The notes: generated from the sequence alone by a model not told the origin. A DNA stretch of 64,000 bases from Eledone cirrhosa (GCA_964016885.1 OZ024747.1:5766001-5830000), one strand, 5' to 3'; positions 17,699 to 30,982 are shown, counted from the stretch's first letter. Numbers and translations: made by a program.

Positions 17699-18298
17699 GG
17701 GCGGTGAATTGGCAGTATCGGTAGAGGGTCGGACACCATGCTTTGACGCATAGAGTTACAGCCCTTGCCATTCTGAGTTCAAATCCCACCGAGGTTAACT
17801 TTGCCTTTCATCCTTACGGGGTCGATAAAATAAAGTACCAGTAATGTACTGGGTAATTGCTGGCCTTGTGCCAATAGTAGAAACAATTATTATATCAGTG
17901 GATTGGCAGTATCGGTAGAGGGTTGGACGCCATGCTTTCCAGCATAGTTACGTCCCTTTATGGTCTGAGTTCAAATCCCGCCGAGGTTGACTTTGCCTTT
18001 CATTCTTACGTGGTCGATAAAATAAAGTACCAGTAATGCACTGGGTAATTGCTGGCCTTGTGCCTAAAGTAGAAACAATTATTATATCAGTGGATTGGCA
18101 GTATCGGTCGAGGGTCGGACGCCATGCTTTGCAGCACAGTTACGTCCCTTTACGGACTGAGTTCAAATCCCGCCGAGGTTAACTTTGCCTTTCAGCCTTA
18201 CGGGGTCGATAAAATAAAGTACTAGTAATGTACTGGGATGATTTATTCGACTTTTCCTTTCCATCAAAATTGTTGGCCTTGTGCCTAAATTAGAAACA
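17699..18298 (+). mobile_element. Three head-to-tail SINE S1 copies
   Basis: Units at ~17699, 17898 and 18089, each preceded by attattatatcag. Confidence 0.9.
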
Positions 18299-18305
18299 CA
18301 CACGC

Positions 18306-18343
<38 letters not shown>

Positions 18344-18539
18344 ATAAAGAAAAAAGATAATTTAGAAGAGGGTTCGAATAACGCACAGTGTGTGGATGGA
18401 GTTGTGTGCGCGTGTTTCTGTACATATACTGGTTCTTCTTGTAAAATATAAAGAGCCAGAGGTGAGTCGAAAAAGTAGATTACTTTCTCCTAAAATCTTT
18501 ACCGTTATTCTAAGTCTTATGAACATGTTTGTTGGTAGT

Positions 18540-19480
18540 GTAGTTGATTTAACAGCTGGTACCTTGTGGTCTTTGATAACTCTATGGTGTTGTTGAAATA
18601 GTGTAGTGTAGTTGGTTCAACAGCTGGTACCTTGTGGCCTTTGATAACTCTATGGTGTTGTTGAAATAGTGTAGTGTAGTGTAGTGTAGTTGGTTTAATA
18701 GCTGGTACTTTGTGGTCTTTGATAACTCTATGGTGTTGTTGAAATAGTGTAGTGTAGTTGGTTCAACAGCTGGTACCTTGTGGTCTTTGATAACTCTATG
18801 GTGTTGTTGAAATAGTGTAGTGTAGTGTAGTTGGTTTAACAGCTGGTACCTTGTGGTCTTTGATAACTCTCTGGTGTTGTTGAAATAGTGTAGTGTAGTT
18901 GGTTCAACAGCTGGTACCTTGTGGTCTTTGATAACTCTATGGTGTTGTTGAAATAGTGTAGTGTAGTGTAGTTGGTTTAACAGCTGGTACCTTGTGGTCT
19001 TTGATAACTCTCTGGTGTTGTTGAAATAGTGTAGTGTAGTTGGTTCAACAGCTGGTACCTTGTGGTCTTTGATAACTCTATGGTGTTGTTGAAATAGTGT
19101 AGTGTAGTTGGTTTAGCAGCTGGTACCTTGTGGTCTTTGATAACTCTATGGTGTTGTTGAAATAGTGTAGTGTAGTTGGTTTAACAGCTGGTACCTTGTG
19201 GTCTTTGATAACTCTATGGTGTTGTTGAAATAGTGTAGTGTAGTTGGTTTAACAGCTGGTACCTTGTGGTCTTTGATTACTCTATGGTGTTGTTGAAATA
19301 GTGTAGTGTAGTTGGTTTAACAGCTGGTACCTTGTGGTCTTTGATAACTGAATGGTGTTGTTGAGATAGCGTAGTGTAGTTGGTTTAATAGCTAGTACCT
19401 TGTGGTGTTTGATAACTGAATGGCGTTGTTGAAATAGTGTAGTTGGTTTAACAGCTAGTACCTTGTGGTGTTTGATAACT
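18540..19480. repeat. Minisatellite, ~68-bp unit (variable gtgta count), ~14 copies
   Basis: Unit ggtttaacagctggtaccttgtggtctttgataactctatggtgttgttgaaatagtgtagtgtagtt. Confidence 0.95.
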
Positions 19481-19759
19481 GTAAGGCGTCCCCGGTAAAG
19501 AAACTGCATTCTTATACGTTTAATTGGTACCTCGGGGAGTTAAAGCTGGGTAGTGAAATAAATAATGCAACTGAAGTGGAATCGTTAGAAAAATGACGAT
19601 CGTTTTGTTTAGTTACATCAATAGTATCGGAGCTCGAATCCTTGTAAGGGATTCAAGAAATGGGATGGATAACGGCTATTATCCCACGTTGTTGTTGTTG
19701 TCCCAGACATGCCAAAAATAACAGCGGCTCCACGAAACCTGAAGTTATATATATATACA

Positions 19760-19845
<86 letters not shown>

Positions 19846-20306
19846 TTTGTCTGTATATGAAACTGGGGAAAATGTAGATAGCTTAATGAAACTTTGCAAA
19901 TTCTCCCACTTGGACTCATTAGTGTAATTCGAAATGCAATGCAGAGTGTAAGCAACTGGAGTTAATTGACATGCCTAAGGGGAAAACACAAATAAAATTA
20001 AATGCTTTCTTTCACCCCACTCCCCACCCTACTACCAAACCACACGTTCCACATCCCCCTGCCCCACATCCCCTATCCCTAACCCAACAACGACGACATA
20101 ACAATGCCTGGGTATATAATCAAAATGAAGTCTTCACTTGAACATCTGATTAAGTTATTTTTCATGATGATTTCAAATATCATGTGGGCAAGTGAATTCC
20201 TTTCGCTAATAGCTGGAGAAACTATATATCTCGTTTATTTATGGCGGACTGGAGGAGGTGTGCTTGTGTGAAGCGAGAAAATTAGGAAAATGAATAGTCA
20301 ATATAA

Positions 20307-20389
<83 letters not shown>

Positions 20390-20566
20390 CACAGACAAAA
20401 CTTAAAGAAACATACGATCATAACATACCATTTTATTTTATTTTCATAGTGACTCCCGAAAGCTTATTTGTGTATTTGGCGGTGTGTTTGATCATTCATA
20501 TATGGGGGGGGGGGGGTTTGAATATTCACACGCCCACGCACACGTACACACACACACACACACATG

Positions 20567-20600
<34 letters not shown>

Positions 20601-20614
20601 CACACACACACGTG

Positions 20615-20656
<42 letters not shown>

Positions 20657-20712
20657 TAAATATACATAAATAATTACACATATATATATATATGTGTGTG
20701 TATGTGTGTGTA

Positions 20713-20753
<41 letters not shown>

Positions 20754-21109
20754 TGCACGCACGTACGTACACACATACACATACATACTTCTAACTGCGA
20801 TTGCATATTATATAAACTCTTGCAAGAGACGTTTTTGTCGTCTGCTCTTTAGATTTGTTCACATGTTTTTCTGTTATGAAGTCCAAGCGTTGTTTTCAAT
20901 TCTTCATAGTCTGATAGGTTTTGCGTCATTATAAAGATACCGTACACAATATATATTTATTTATGGGGCCTATTTAGGTTTTTTACTTATTCATTTCCAT
21001 CTACTTGCCATTTTACTTTCCGCCATTTTGTTTTGTTTTTTTCTTGGTATTTTTATCACATATCTTATTTTATTTCATTTAAAGTTGTATTTACGATTTT
21101 TTTTCGTGT

Positions 21110-21148
<39 letters not shown>

Positions 21149-21262
21149 TGTCATTTGCTTCGTCTGGTTTCTTTTTGTTATTTTCTTTTTGGCTTTGTGT
21201 AATTTTTGTTTCATTTTATATTTACATATATTTTTTTTTCTTTTGTTTCCCTCTCTCTCTTG

Positions 21263-21306
<44 letters not shown>

Positions 21307-21559
21307 TATTATTATTATTATTATTATTAGAGGATTTTCCTCTATTTCGCCGTCGCTAAGTTGTGTACTGTCATTTATTGTATTTTGTATTTTTCTGTCT
21401 TTCACATTTCACTACTTTTTCGTGAAGTTGCATTAGTTTCGTAGTTTATTGTAAGAGCAGGCTTATACATATTCCAGTTGTGAGCATCCCATCTGTTTGG
21501 GGATATAATGAGCTACATTATTTAATTTGCCCTTCTTCGTTTTCTTCTTATTTTTTTCT

Positions 21560-21895
21560 TTTTCTCCCATTTATTCATGAGAGGAGCATGGGAAAAGAGT
21601 CTTCAAACATTCCTTCCAGCGGGTCCTGTCAGAAGCAGCCGTTTCCAGTTCATCTGGTAGGATCCCCAAGCGAGACCAGTCGAGCTAATACATGTTATCC
21701 AACCAGCTTGCTCGGGGTCTACGCCTGGGTCTCCTGCCGGTTTTTTTTGCCTGTAAAATCTGTCCAGCAATTCTGTCCTGAGATATTCTAACTACGTGTC
21801 CATAGTATCGGAGCTGAGTTCTTTCAATTCGAAGAAGTAGCGGTTCTACCTGGAGTGATTTCCGAGTTATGCACTTTATCGAGTAACGTTACTCC
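21560..21895 (-). mobile_element. RTE-clade LINE 3' fragment
   Basis: Minus strand reads QVEPLLLRIERTQLRYYGHVVRISQDR..GRRPRRRPRASWLD (RTE C-terminus); paralogous to 26631. Confidence 0.85.
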
Positions 21896-22729
21896 CTTTT
21901 TTTATTTAGGAAGACTTAGCTGATATTTCTAACAGGTTGAGTGCCCACATAAAAAGCCGTTTCGTTGTCTCGTGTGGTTTCACATAAGCCTTACTGGTAG
22001 GACAGGAGACGATGGAAAGTAGACAAATTGACAGAAGGACAGAGACAGGGAGTGATTTATTGAGAGGCAGACAGTAAGATAGACTGACATATTGACATAG
22101 GGCCTGACAAAAGTAGACACACAAACAGACGTTAAGGCTTCCTCATTAGTTTGGCTGCAGAATTGTTTGTACTTGGTGACAGTGTATGTGAAATAGTAAG
22201 ATAGGAGGTGGTCTTTCAAAGGAAATGGTTCAAAATGAGCTTTGTCATATGCATGAAGAGGGGAATTGAAAGCAAAGCGTGTTGACAAATGTGTTGACTT
22301 TATCTGCAGGGGTGCTGCTTACAGGCTTACAGATTCAGTTTGTGTGTGTGTGTGTGAGTTTGTGTATGTGTGTGTGTGTGTGTGTGTGAGTTTGTCTATG
22401 TGTGTGTGCTTGTGTGTATGTGTGTGCGTGTGTGTGTGCGTGCGTGCTTGTATGTTTGTTTATAAGTGTGTATGTTTATCTATGTGTGCGTGTGTCTAGA
22501 TATATGTGTGTGTGTGTGTAATTTATTAGATATGGAGGGAAACCGTCAGCTGCAAGTTTCGCCGACAATTACTCATCAGAAAAATCTCGCCGAAACCAAT
22601 TTTGCCTTTCATCTGTCCGAGTTCGTTAATATATAATACCAGCCAAATACTGGAGTCGATATATTCGATTTTCCTCTCCCTCCAAATTGCTGCCCTGGTG
22701 CCTAAATTGGAAGATACCGAGGAAGGATA

Positions 22730-23148
22730 TATTCTTTTAATGTTGCAATATTTAAAAAAATGTAAAGGAAGGGGTGAACAACCGAGGCAACACCAGAGCA
22801 AACGACAGCAACGTCACGGGGAGTACTGGGCAACCTCTCTAATGATTTTTGAGGCAAGCCAGCACACTCGCAGCGTTGCCTCGGGTGATGGCAAGGCTAA
22901 TGCGCTGGAACAACCAAGTGCCCTCGCGAGATTCGCCAGTTACCTCTATTAGGCGAGCCGCCAGTGAAGAGAGGAACCTCGCAGTCAGCGGCCCGACTCC
23001 CCCAAACGTCTCGAAAGCCACAGGCTGAAAAATGTAGCTGGCCGACAGATCACAGTATTTGAGGGTCTTACTCCGCTCGCCTGCGGAAGCTGTGACTCTC
23101 GTCCTAACCACAGCATCCAGGATGTGGGAAGAAGCCAAAGAGTCACCG
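22730..23148 (-). mobile_element. CRE-clade (RLE) non-LTR retrotransposon 3' fragment
   Basis: K..KY..L...Y.F.PVAFETFGG.GP...LFQRISLAITRGNAASVL is the typical CRE-like RLE C-terminus; stop at 22839. Confidence 0.8.
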
Positions 23149-23476
23149 AGAAATATATTCGCTCTTCAATACTTTAGATGTGTCAGTTATTTTATGTTCG
23201 CTCGTTACATCTTTTACTTCTGCTGATTGAGAGAATATTTTCAGAGAACTGTTTTATTTCAAAATTTATCTTGAGAATATTTCTATGACGACACATGAAG
23301 AAATGTCAAATGGGATTGAAATGGTAAACCAACACCGGAACTGAAGAAACTTCAACAGCACTGTGTGAAAACAATTAGAGTATTTCAAACCACGTGACAT
23401 ACAACAGCACTGTGTGTGTGAAGACAATTAGAACATTTCAAACCACGTGACAGACAATAGCACTATATGAAGATAA

Positions 23477-23689
23477 TGGTTTCAGATTTAGGCACAAGGC
23501 CAGCAATTTTGAGGGAGAGGTAGTCGATTAAATCGGCCCAGTGCATTACTGCTACTTTATTTTATCGACCCTGTAAGGATGAAAGACAAAGCTAACCTCG
23601 GTAGGATTTGAACTCAATGTAAAGGGCTTTAACGCTATGCCATGAAACTGGGTGTCCGACGCTCTACCGATTTTGACAGTCCACCGCCT
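23477..23689 (-). mobile_element. SINE S1 inserted in a ~50-bp tandem repeat (23355-23732)
   Basis: Full S1 reverse complement; acaattaga..atttcaaaccacgtgaca units on both sides. Confidence 0.8.
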
Positions 23690-24110
23690 TACCGAGTGTG
23701 AAGACAATTAGAACATTTCAAACCACGTGACATAGCAAGGAAGGGTGCTATGTGGTTGTTTGTTATTTTCAGTATTTAGTGAAAGTTTGTGGCTAAGAAC
23801 CGGATATTGTGGTTTAACTAATATGCTTAATGCTTTAAATAAACATAACAAATTTACTGCACATCGCCTCCTGGTGACAACCTCTTTTGTTGACAACTTT
23901 ATTAATGCTGCCTACCCTCAAATATTATTCGCCTCACATATCCGGTACCTCTCGGTAGAGAAATTTCGCGTAATGGAAAAGTAATCATCTTTTAATCTAG
24001 CAGACTTGTTGAGACTCTTTCTCGTGTTCATACAACTTTGTTTTGTTTTTTACTCTTTACTTCTGGTCCTTTTCATAGTCTTCGCGAATGTGAACTCTGC
24101 TGCTAAAGTC

Positions 24111-24837
24111 ACCCTAGAACCAAACCATGTGGTGGTGGTGGTGGACGGGTTATGTCTTCAACCCTAGAAGCAAACCATGTGGTGGTGGTGGTGGACGGGT
24201 TATGTCTTCTACCCTAGAACCAAACCATGTGGTGGTGGTGGTCGACGGGTTATGTCTTCTACCCTAGAACCAAACCATGTGGTGGTGGTGGTGGTGTTGG
24301 ACGGGTTATGTCTTCTACCCTAGAAGCAAACCATGTGGCGGTGTTGGACGGTTTATGTCTTCTACCCTAGAAGCAAACCATGTGGTGGTGTTGGACGGGT
24401 TATGTCTTCTACCCTAGAAGCAAACCATGTGGCGGTGTTGGACGGGTTATGTCTTCTACCCTAGAAGCAAACCATGTGGTGGTGTTGGACGGGTTATGTC
24501 TTCTACCCTAGAAGCAAACCATGTGGTGGTGTTGGACGGGTTATGTCTTCTACCCTAGAAGCAAACCATGTGGCGGTGTTGGACGGTTTATGTCTTCTAC
24601 CCTAGAAGCAAACCATGTGGCGGTGTTGGACGGGTTATGTCTTCTACCCTAGAAGCAAACCATGTGGTGGTGTTGGACGGGTTATGTCTTCTACCCTAGA
24701 AGCAAACCATGTGGTGGTGTTGGACGGGTTATGTCTTCTACCCTAGAAGCAAACCATGTGGTGGTGTTGGACGGGTTATGTTTTCTACCCTAGAACCAAA
24801 CCATGTGGCGGTGTTGGGCGGTTTATGTCTTCTACCC
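24111..24837. repeat. Minisatellite, 47-bp unit, ~15 copies
   Basis: Unit accctagaagcaaaccatgtggtggtgttggacgggttatgtcttct. Confidence 0.95.
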
Positions 24838-24997
24838 AAGGAGGGAATTAAACTAGGAACCCGTGGCATTGCATCCGATGATATAACATTTCCACCCGTC
24901 TGGGGTGGTTCTTTATTCTTTCAATCATGAAAGGAGGAAAAGAAAAGTCGAACAAATATCGCCACTTTCCTACGCTCTAACAACTCTACCAATTCAC

Positions 24998-25085
<88 letters not shown>

Positions 25086-25127
25086 TGGAGGGTTTAGTGG
25101 TGTTATTTGTGAATGTGGTGGAGGTGG

Positions 25128-25527
25128 TGTAGGAACCTTAACCAAGTCCTGCTGGTGGTGGTGGTGTAGGTGGTGCTGGTGGTAGTGTTGGTAGTGGTGC
25201 TGGTGGTGGTGGTGTAGGAACCTTAACCAAGTCCTGGTGGTGGTGGTGTAGGTGGTGCTGGTGGTAGTGTTGGTAGTGGTGCTGGTGGTGTAGGAACCTT
25301 AACCAAGTCCTGCTGGTGGTGGTGGTGTAGGTGGTGCTGGTGGTAGTGTTGGTAGTGGTGCTGGTGGTGGTGGTGTAGGAACCTTAACCAAGTCCTGGTG
25401 GTGGTGGTGTAGGTGGTGCTGGTGGTAGTGTTGGTAGTGGTGCTGGTGGTGTAGGAACCTTAACCAAGTCCTGCTGGTGGCAGTGGTGGGGGTGGTGCTG
25501 GTGCTACCTTAACCAAGTCCTGCTGGC
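25128..25527. repeat. Minisatellite, ~75-86-bp unit (ggaaccttaaccaagtcctg + GGT-rich part), ~5.5 copies
   Basis: Directly visible. Confidence 0.9.
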
Positions 25528-25772
25528 GCCAACCAACCATGATCTTATCATCGTTCATGTTTCTTGGCTTCTCTTTTGTTTTTTGCTGTCTAAGCTTTCT
25601 TTCTTTTTGTCTTCTCATAATGTTTCTATCTTTTCTTCCTGCTCCCTCCCCATCCTCCCCATCCTCCTCCCCCTCCTCCCCCACCACCCCTCCAATATTA
25701 CTGCTTTCAGTGTTGTCATTTGTATTTTCTCGTTTACATTTAGAGTACGCGTATATGTCTGTATTATATATA

Positions 25773-25935
25773 GCGGTGGATTGGCAGCATGCTTTGATGC
25801 AAAGAGTTCCGTCCCTTTACGATCTGAGTTCAAATCCCGCCGAGGTTAACTTTGCCTTTCATCCTTACGGGGTCGATAAAATAAAGTACCAGTAATGTAC
25901 TGGGTAATTGCTGGTCTTGTGCCAAAAGTAGAAAC

Positions 25936-25939
<4 letters not shown>
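25773..25939 (+). mobile_element. SINE S1
   Basis: Core match with a small deletion in the head. Confidence 0.85.
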
Positions 25940-25998
<59 letters not shown>

Positions 25999-26159
25999 GG
26001 GGGGGTATTGGATTGACTAGAAACCCCAGTGTTTTTCACCCTAATGGTTTACTCAACTAGGCTGTATAAGCCCCTAAGACGAACCCTTTCAAACCCAATA
26101 TGTAATCTAAAGTTGACAATGCTGCAAAGATTGAGTCCTGCCATTTCTAAATGTTTATA

Positions 26160-26562
26160 TTGGCAGTATCGGTAGAGGGTCGGACGCCATGCTTTGCAGC
26201 ACAGTTACGTCCCTTTACGGACTGAGTTCAAATCCCGCCGAGGTTAACTTTGCCTTTCATCCTTAAGGAGTCGATAAAATAAAGTACCAGTAATACACTG
26301 GGATAATTGCTGGCCTTGTGCCAAAAGTAGAAACAGTTATTAATTCTATAATTTAACAACATCAGGATTAACATTAATTGTTTCTATTTTAGGCACAAGG
26401 CCAGCAAATACTCAGTACATTACTGGTACTTTATTTTATCGACCCCGTAAGGATGAAAGGCAAAGTTAACCTCGGCGGGATTTGAACTCAGATCATAAAG
26501 GGACGTAACTCTATGCTTCAAAGCATGGCGTCCGACTCTCTACCGATACTGTCAATCCACCG
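26160..26562. mobile_element. Tail-to-tail inverted SINE S1 pair (26160-26340 +, 26376-26562 -)
   Basis: Two full copies ~35 bp apart in opposite orientation. Confidence 0.9.
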
Positions 26563-26630
26563 CAACATTAATACTTATACACATACACACACACATACAC
26601 ACATACACACAGGCACACACCTATATATAT

Positions 26631-26982
26631 CTTCTTCTTCTTCGCCCACTTATTCCTGAGAGGGTCGTGGGATCAGAGTCCTGAAACACTCCCTTTAGCG
26701 GGTCCCCTCAAAGCAACCGTCTCCAACTGATTCGGCTCTGATCTCCAAGCGTGACCACCCAAGTTCATGGATGTTATCCAGCCATCTTGCTCAGGGTCTA
26801 CCCCTGGGTTTCCTGCTGGTTGGTTTTGCCCGTAAAATCAGTCCAGTGATTCTTTCCTGAGACATTCTAACCACATGTCCATAGTATCGGAGCTGTGATC
26901 TCTCAATTCGGAGAAGTAGCGGCTCTACCTGGAGTGACTCTCTGATCTCCGAGCTACACACTCTATCCAGTAACGCTACTCC
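26631..26982 (-). mobile_element. RTE-clade LINE 3' end with (GAA)n tail
   Basis: SSEIRESLQVEPLLLRIERSQLRYYGHVVRMSQER..RKPRGRP; cttcttcttc tail at 26631. Confidence 0.85.
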
Positions 26983-27466
26983 AAGGACCTTTCGGTCAAT
27001 TCACACCCTGTCATCTTAAAATAGGGATACAGCAAAATCAGATAATCTCCTCTCGGGTTTTTTATGCGAGGACCATGGCTGATGGTCACAGCTGACCTAA
27101 GGCTACACAACGACAACAACAACAACAACAACAACATCAACAGCCAAACTTCATCATCATCATCATCAATGTCCACACCACCATTTGAAGAACTAAACAC
27201 CCGCCACCGCCAACACTATCGATCATCACTAACTGGAATCATCCCCCCCTCCCCACGCCCTCTTCCCCATAAACTTTAAGTAACAGAATCTCTCTACATG
27301 TTACCTTCTCCCCTTCCTGCTCACACACTTCAACCACCCTGCCGTATGTTTATATATATATATATATGTGTGTGTGTTTGTATAAATATATATATATATA
27401 TATTATATATATATATATTTATGTACAGTTCTTTTTGGCGGGGTAAGGGAGCAGAAGGCCACTGTT

Positions 27467-27500
<34 letters not shown>

Positions 27501-27501
27501 G

Positions 27502-27548
<47 letters not shown>

Positions 27549-27567
27549 GCCACTACTACTACTACTG

Positions 27568-27599
<32 letters not shown>

Positions 27600-27618
27600 G
27601 CCACTACTACTACTACTG

Positions 27619-27653
<35 letters not shown>

Positions 27654-28888
27654 GCCACTACTACTACTACTGCCACTACTACTACTACTACTACCACTAC
27701 TACTACTACTACTACTACTGCTACTAACACTACGCTGACTTTATCTATATACCCATCTAGCTCTACTTTTTAAATTAGTTGTCTGTGTCAAACCCCAATC
27801 TCTCTCCTCTCCCCTCCCCCTCTCCTTCCCTTTCCTTCTCCTTCCTCCCCATCCCCCTCTCTCTCTCTCTCTCTGGCCATAAAGTGTGTCTGTTTCTCTT
27901 GACTGCCTTGTACCATATCTGTCTGGTCATCTTTTTATCGATATATCCATCTGTATATATATTTATTTGCCTTATCTATCTGTCCATCTGTCTCTATCTA
28001 TCTATCTGCCTACCTATCTGTCTCTCTATCCATCTGTCTATCAATCAATACATCTATCTATCTGCCTACCTATCTATCTAGCTGTCTATCTGTCTGTCTC
28101 TCTATCTATCTGTGTATCTTTCTGTCGCTCTATGTCTGTATATATATATATGTGTGTGTCTATGGGTCTGTCTGTCTCTCTGTCTGTCTGTCTGTATGTC
28201 TGTCTGTCTGTCTGTCTATCTGTCTATATGTCTGTCTGTCTATCTATCTGTCGCTCTATATGTCTGTATATATATATGTATGTGTGTCTATGGGTCTGTC
28301 TATCTATATGTCTGTCTGTCTGTCTGTCTATAAAACTTATCTACATGTCTATCTCTGTGTCTCTCTATCTAAACCACTGACCACTTAGCCAGGTTAAAAT
28401 GGAGATCCTCGCTGACATCCTTTCAAATACTTTCAGACAATATTAACCATAATAATAATAATAATAATATGGTGGTGGTGGTGGTGGTGGTGGTGGTGAT
28501 AAAATGAGCAGTGTCACGAGACGTTTTGTCGCTGTTAGATTTTAATGAGGAAGGCGACGGCAGCGGTGGTGGTGTAAAGTCACTAAAATCTGTCCCTAGT
28601 TATCAGTTGAAGCTAGATATATAAGTATATATTAGTGGGGCTGAAACTAGCGCTAAAACCCTCCGAATTGTAGGTGGTGTTCACCCGTCACTCGGTTTAC
28701 AACACTAGTAAGCCACGGTGGGATTTGAACTCAAGACACAAAGAGCTGGAAGGAGGAATACCACAATGTATCTCGTCTGGTGCTCTAACGGTTTCGCCTG
28801 TACTTCATCCTATACTAGTGTTTTAATTGTCGACTCCTGAAGGATGAAAAGTAATGTTGGTCACTGTAGGACTTGAACTTAGAACTTA

Positions 28889-29030
28889 AGTTCAAATCCC
28901 ATCGAGGTTAGCTTAGCTTTTCATCCTTTGAGGGTCGATAAAATAAAATACCAGTAATGTACTGACGTCGATTTAGTTGACTTTCCCCTTCCCTTCAAAT
29001 ATCTGGTCTTGTGAAAAACTTAGAAACAAT
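28889..29030 (+). mobile_element. Older SINE S1 copy (degenerate minus pieces at 28715-28890)
   Basis: Box B + core. Confidence 0.7.
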
Positions 29031-29059
29031 GTTATATATATATATATTACATGTTATTA

Positions 29060-29398
29060 GCTAATACTCTCAGTGAGGGGTCGGGGTGGAATAAGCGAGA
29101 GGGTTAGATATTTGCTTAAATTCTCATAAGTGGGGGATTTGGAATAAACTGGTAATTTATATATCCTATTTATTTTATAACGTATGGGATTTCTTGTAAT
29201 GTTCTTTTTCTTCTTATATATAACGTTTCTTTTAATGTAAAATAAAATTATTATTAGATTTTGCAGCTGCTGTATCAATATGAATCACAATAAAATTTTG
29301 CCGGAGGTGGCTTAGCAAAATTTAATAGGTTGGTGGGTCGGGTGAAACATCTGAAATATTAATAAACGGCGGGGGACGATTATTCTAGACCCGAGTAC
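29060..29398. mobile_element. Non-autonomous DNA-transposon-like repeat (second copy 61678-61955)
   Basis: Shared gatatttgcttaaattct..tatgggatttcttgtaatgttc..cagctgctg; candidate TIR cgggtc..aataa / ttatt..gacccgagta. Confidence 0.6.
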
Positions 29399-29547
29399 GT
29401 GTGGTGGTGACAATTGTTACTTGTCCGCAGCTGAAATATTAGGGAAGAAGACAACGCCCAGAGAACCAATTGAATTTTCCATTTAACCTATTAAAGCATT
29501 GAGTCGAGATATTCTACTGCTCTGTCATAACAATTCAACTTAACCCG

Positions 29548-29592
<45 letters not shown>

Positions 29593-29596
<4 letters not shown>

Positions 29597-29774
29597 AACA
29601 AGTAAGACCCCGACGGCTGAGCTCAAGCCGTTTCGACGGCCAATTCTGTACCGTCGAAACGGCTTGAGCTCAGCAGTCAGGGTCTTACTTGTTCCTACTA
29701 CCCACTCTACTGCCCTAAGTATTGAGTACTTTGGTGCGTTGTGGTCCACTTGGTTCCTTACCACATTTCCTTCG

Positions 29775-29777
<3 letters not shown>
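29593..29777 (+). mobile_element. PLE-like family B, head-to-head 47-bp inverted repeat, in (TA)n
   Basis: Arms 29593-29639 and 29651-29697; the right arm continues into the family tail. Confidence 0.8.
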
Positions 29778-29844
<67 letters not shown>

Positions 29845-29848
<4 letters not shown>

Positions 29849-30270
29849 ATGAAATGACAGGAGGCTGGATTTGTGTAAATCCTTGAAAGGTTTATTATAC
29901 TATGATCATTTCAATGACCGGGTTCCGTATGAATCCGGTGATATCATCAGGCATTCGAAATATAATACGTGAATGTAATAGATAAAATCCATGGGGATTA
30001 CATTCACGTATTATATTTCGAATACCTGATGATATCACCGGATTCATACGGAACCCGGTCATTGAAATGATCATAGTATAATAAACCTTTCAAGGATTTA
30101 CACAAATCCAGCCTCCTGTCATTTCATTATAATATTTAACTCCGTAATAGCACCACCAACTACAAAAACAAAGACGGTTGAACTGCTTTACGTTGAGTAC
30201 TCTCTATATTATTACATTGCGATTGACCATACGGAATAGACCAGCTCTATACAGTGGTGAACCTCAAACC

Positions 30271-30273
<3 letters not shown>
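29845..30273 (+). mobile_element. PLE-like insertion: 135-bp head-to-head inverted repeat plus longer 3' arm, in (TA)n
   Basis: Arms 29845-29979 and 29997-30131 (1 mismatch seen); hammerhead followed by AATAAA in each arm. Confidence 0.8.
30022..30079 (+). ncRNA. Type I hammerhead ribozyme motif (mirror copy 29897-29954 on minus)
   Basis: ATAC-CTGATGA-stem II (accgg..ccggt)-GAAA-TGATCA-TA|GTAT; palindromic helix III. Confidence 0.8.
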
Positions 30274-30313
<40 letters not shown>

Positions 30314-30702
30314 CTTATGTTCATCGATTTCAGGGACTTGACTCCCTTTTCCTCCCGTTTGACCTGTGCGAAATTCTTTCCTTACTCACATTTCGTCCAG
30401 GTTTGATGGTCTTTATTCTCTCTCGTCCACGATTTCACAGAACTTATGTTCATCGATTTCAGGGACTTGACTCCTTCTTCCTCACTTTTCGTTGCATTAC
30501 CATCTTTGTTTGTTTACTGTCTCGCTCGTTCCCCTTATTTATGTGCCCCAACGACTTTCTTTAGCCGTTGCTCGCACCAACCGGAGGTATATGGTCTTTA
30601 AAGCGATGAAATACCAATGAAGGTTGGAAGATCACTGATGAAGGACTAAATTTATTCATATGTAACCCATTTGCAACCACGCAGCACGCCATGTTTTCAT
30701 AT

Positions 30703-30757
<55 letters not shown>

Positions 30758-30931
30758 CAATGAGTTATTTAATTTGTTGATTATTCAACAAATTTATTTT
30801 ATAACAGGTTAGAAGCACTCAACACTTACATGTAAACGAAACTTCCTCGTTTTTTCTAATATATACACCCTATCTGTGCATATGCATAGAGTGCTTTTTT
30901 GGAACAGCGACAGTAATTCACTGAATGACCT

Positions 30932-30982
<51 letters not shown>

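Noticed and set aside
22540-22585. Minus-strand CTGATGA...GAAA
   Set aside because: No good stems I-III, and it overlaps a degenerate SINE.
18540-25527. CRISPR-like arrays (18540, 24111, 25128; also 41836, 44236)
   Set aside because: The spacers are repeated or microsatellite rather than unique, there are no cas genes, and the context is eukaryotic.
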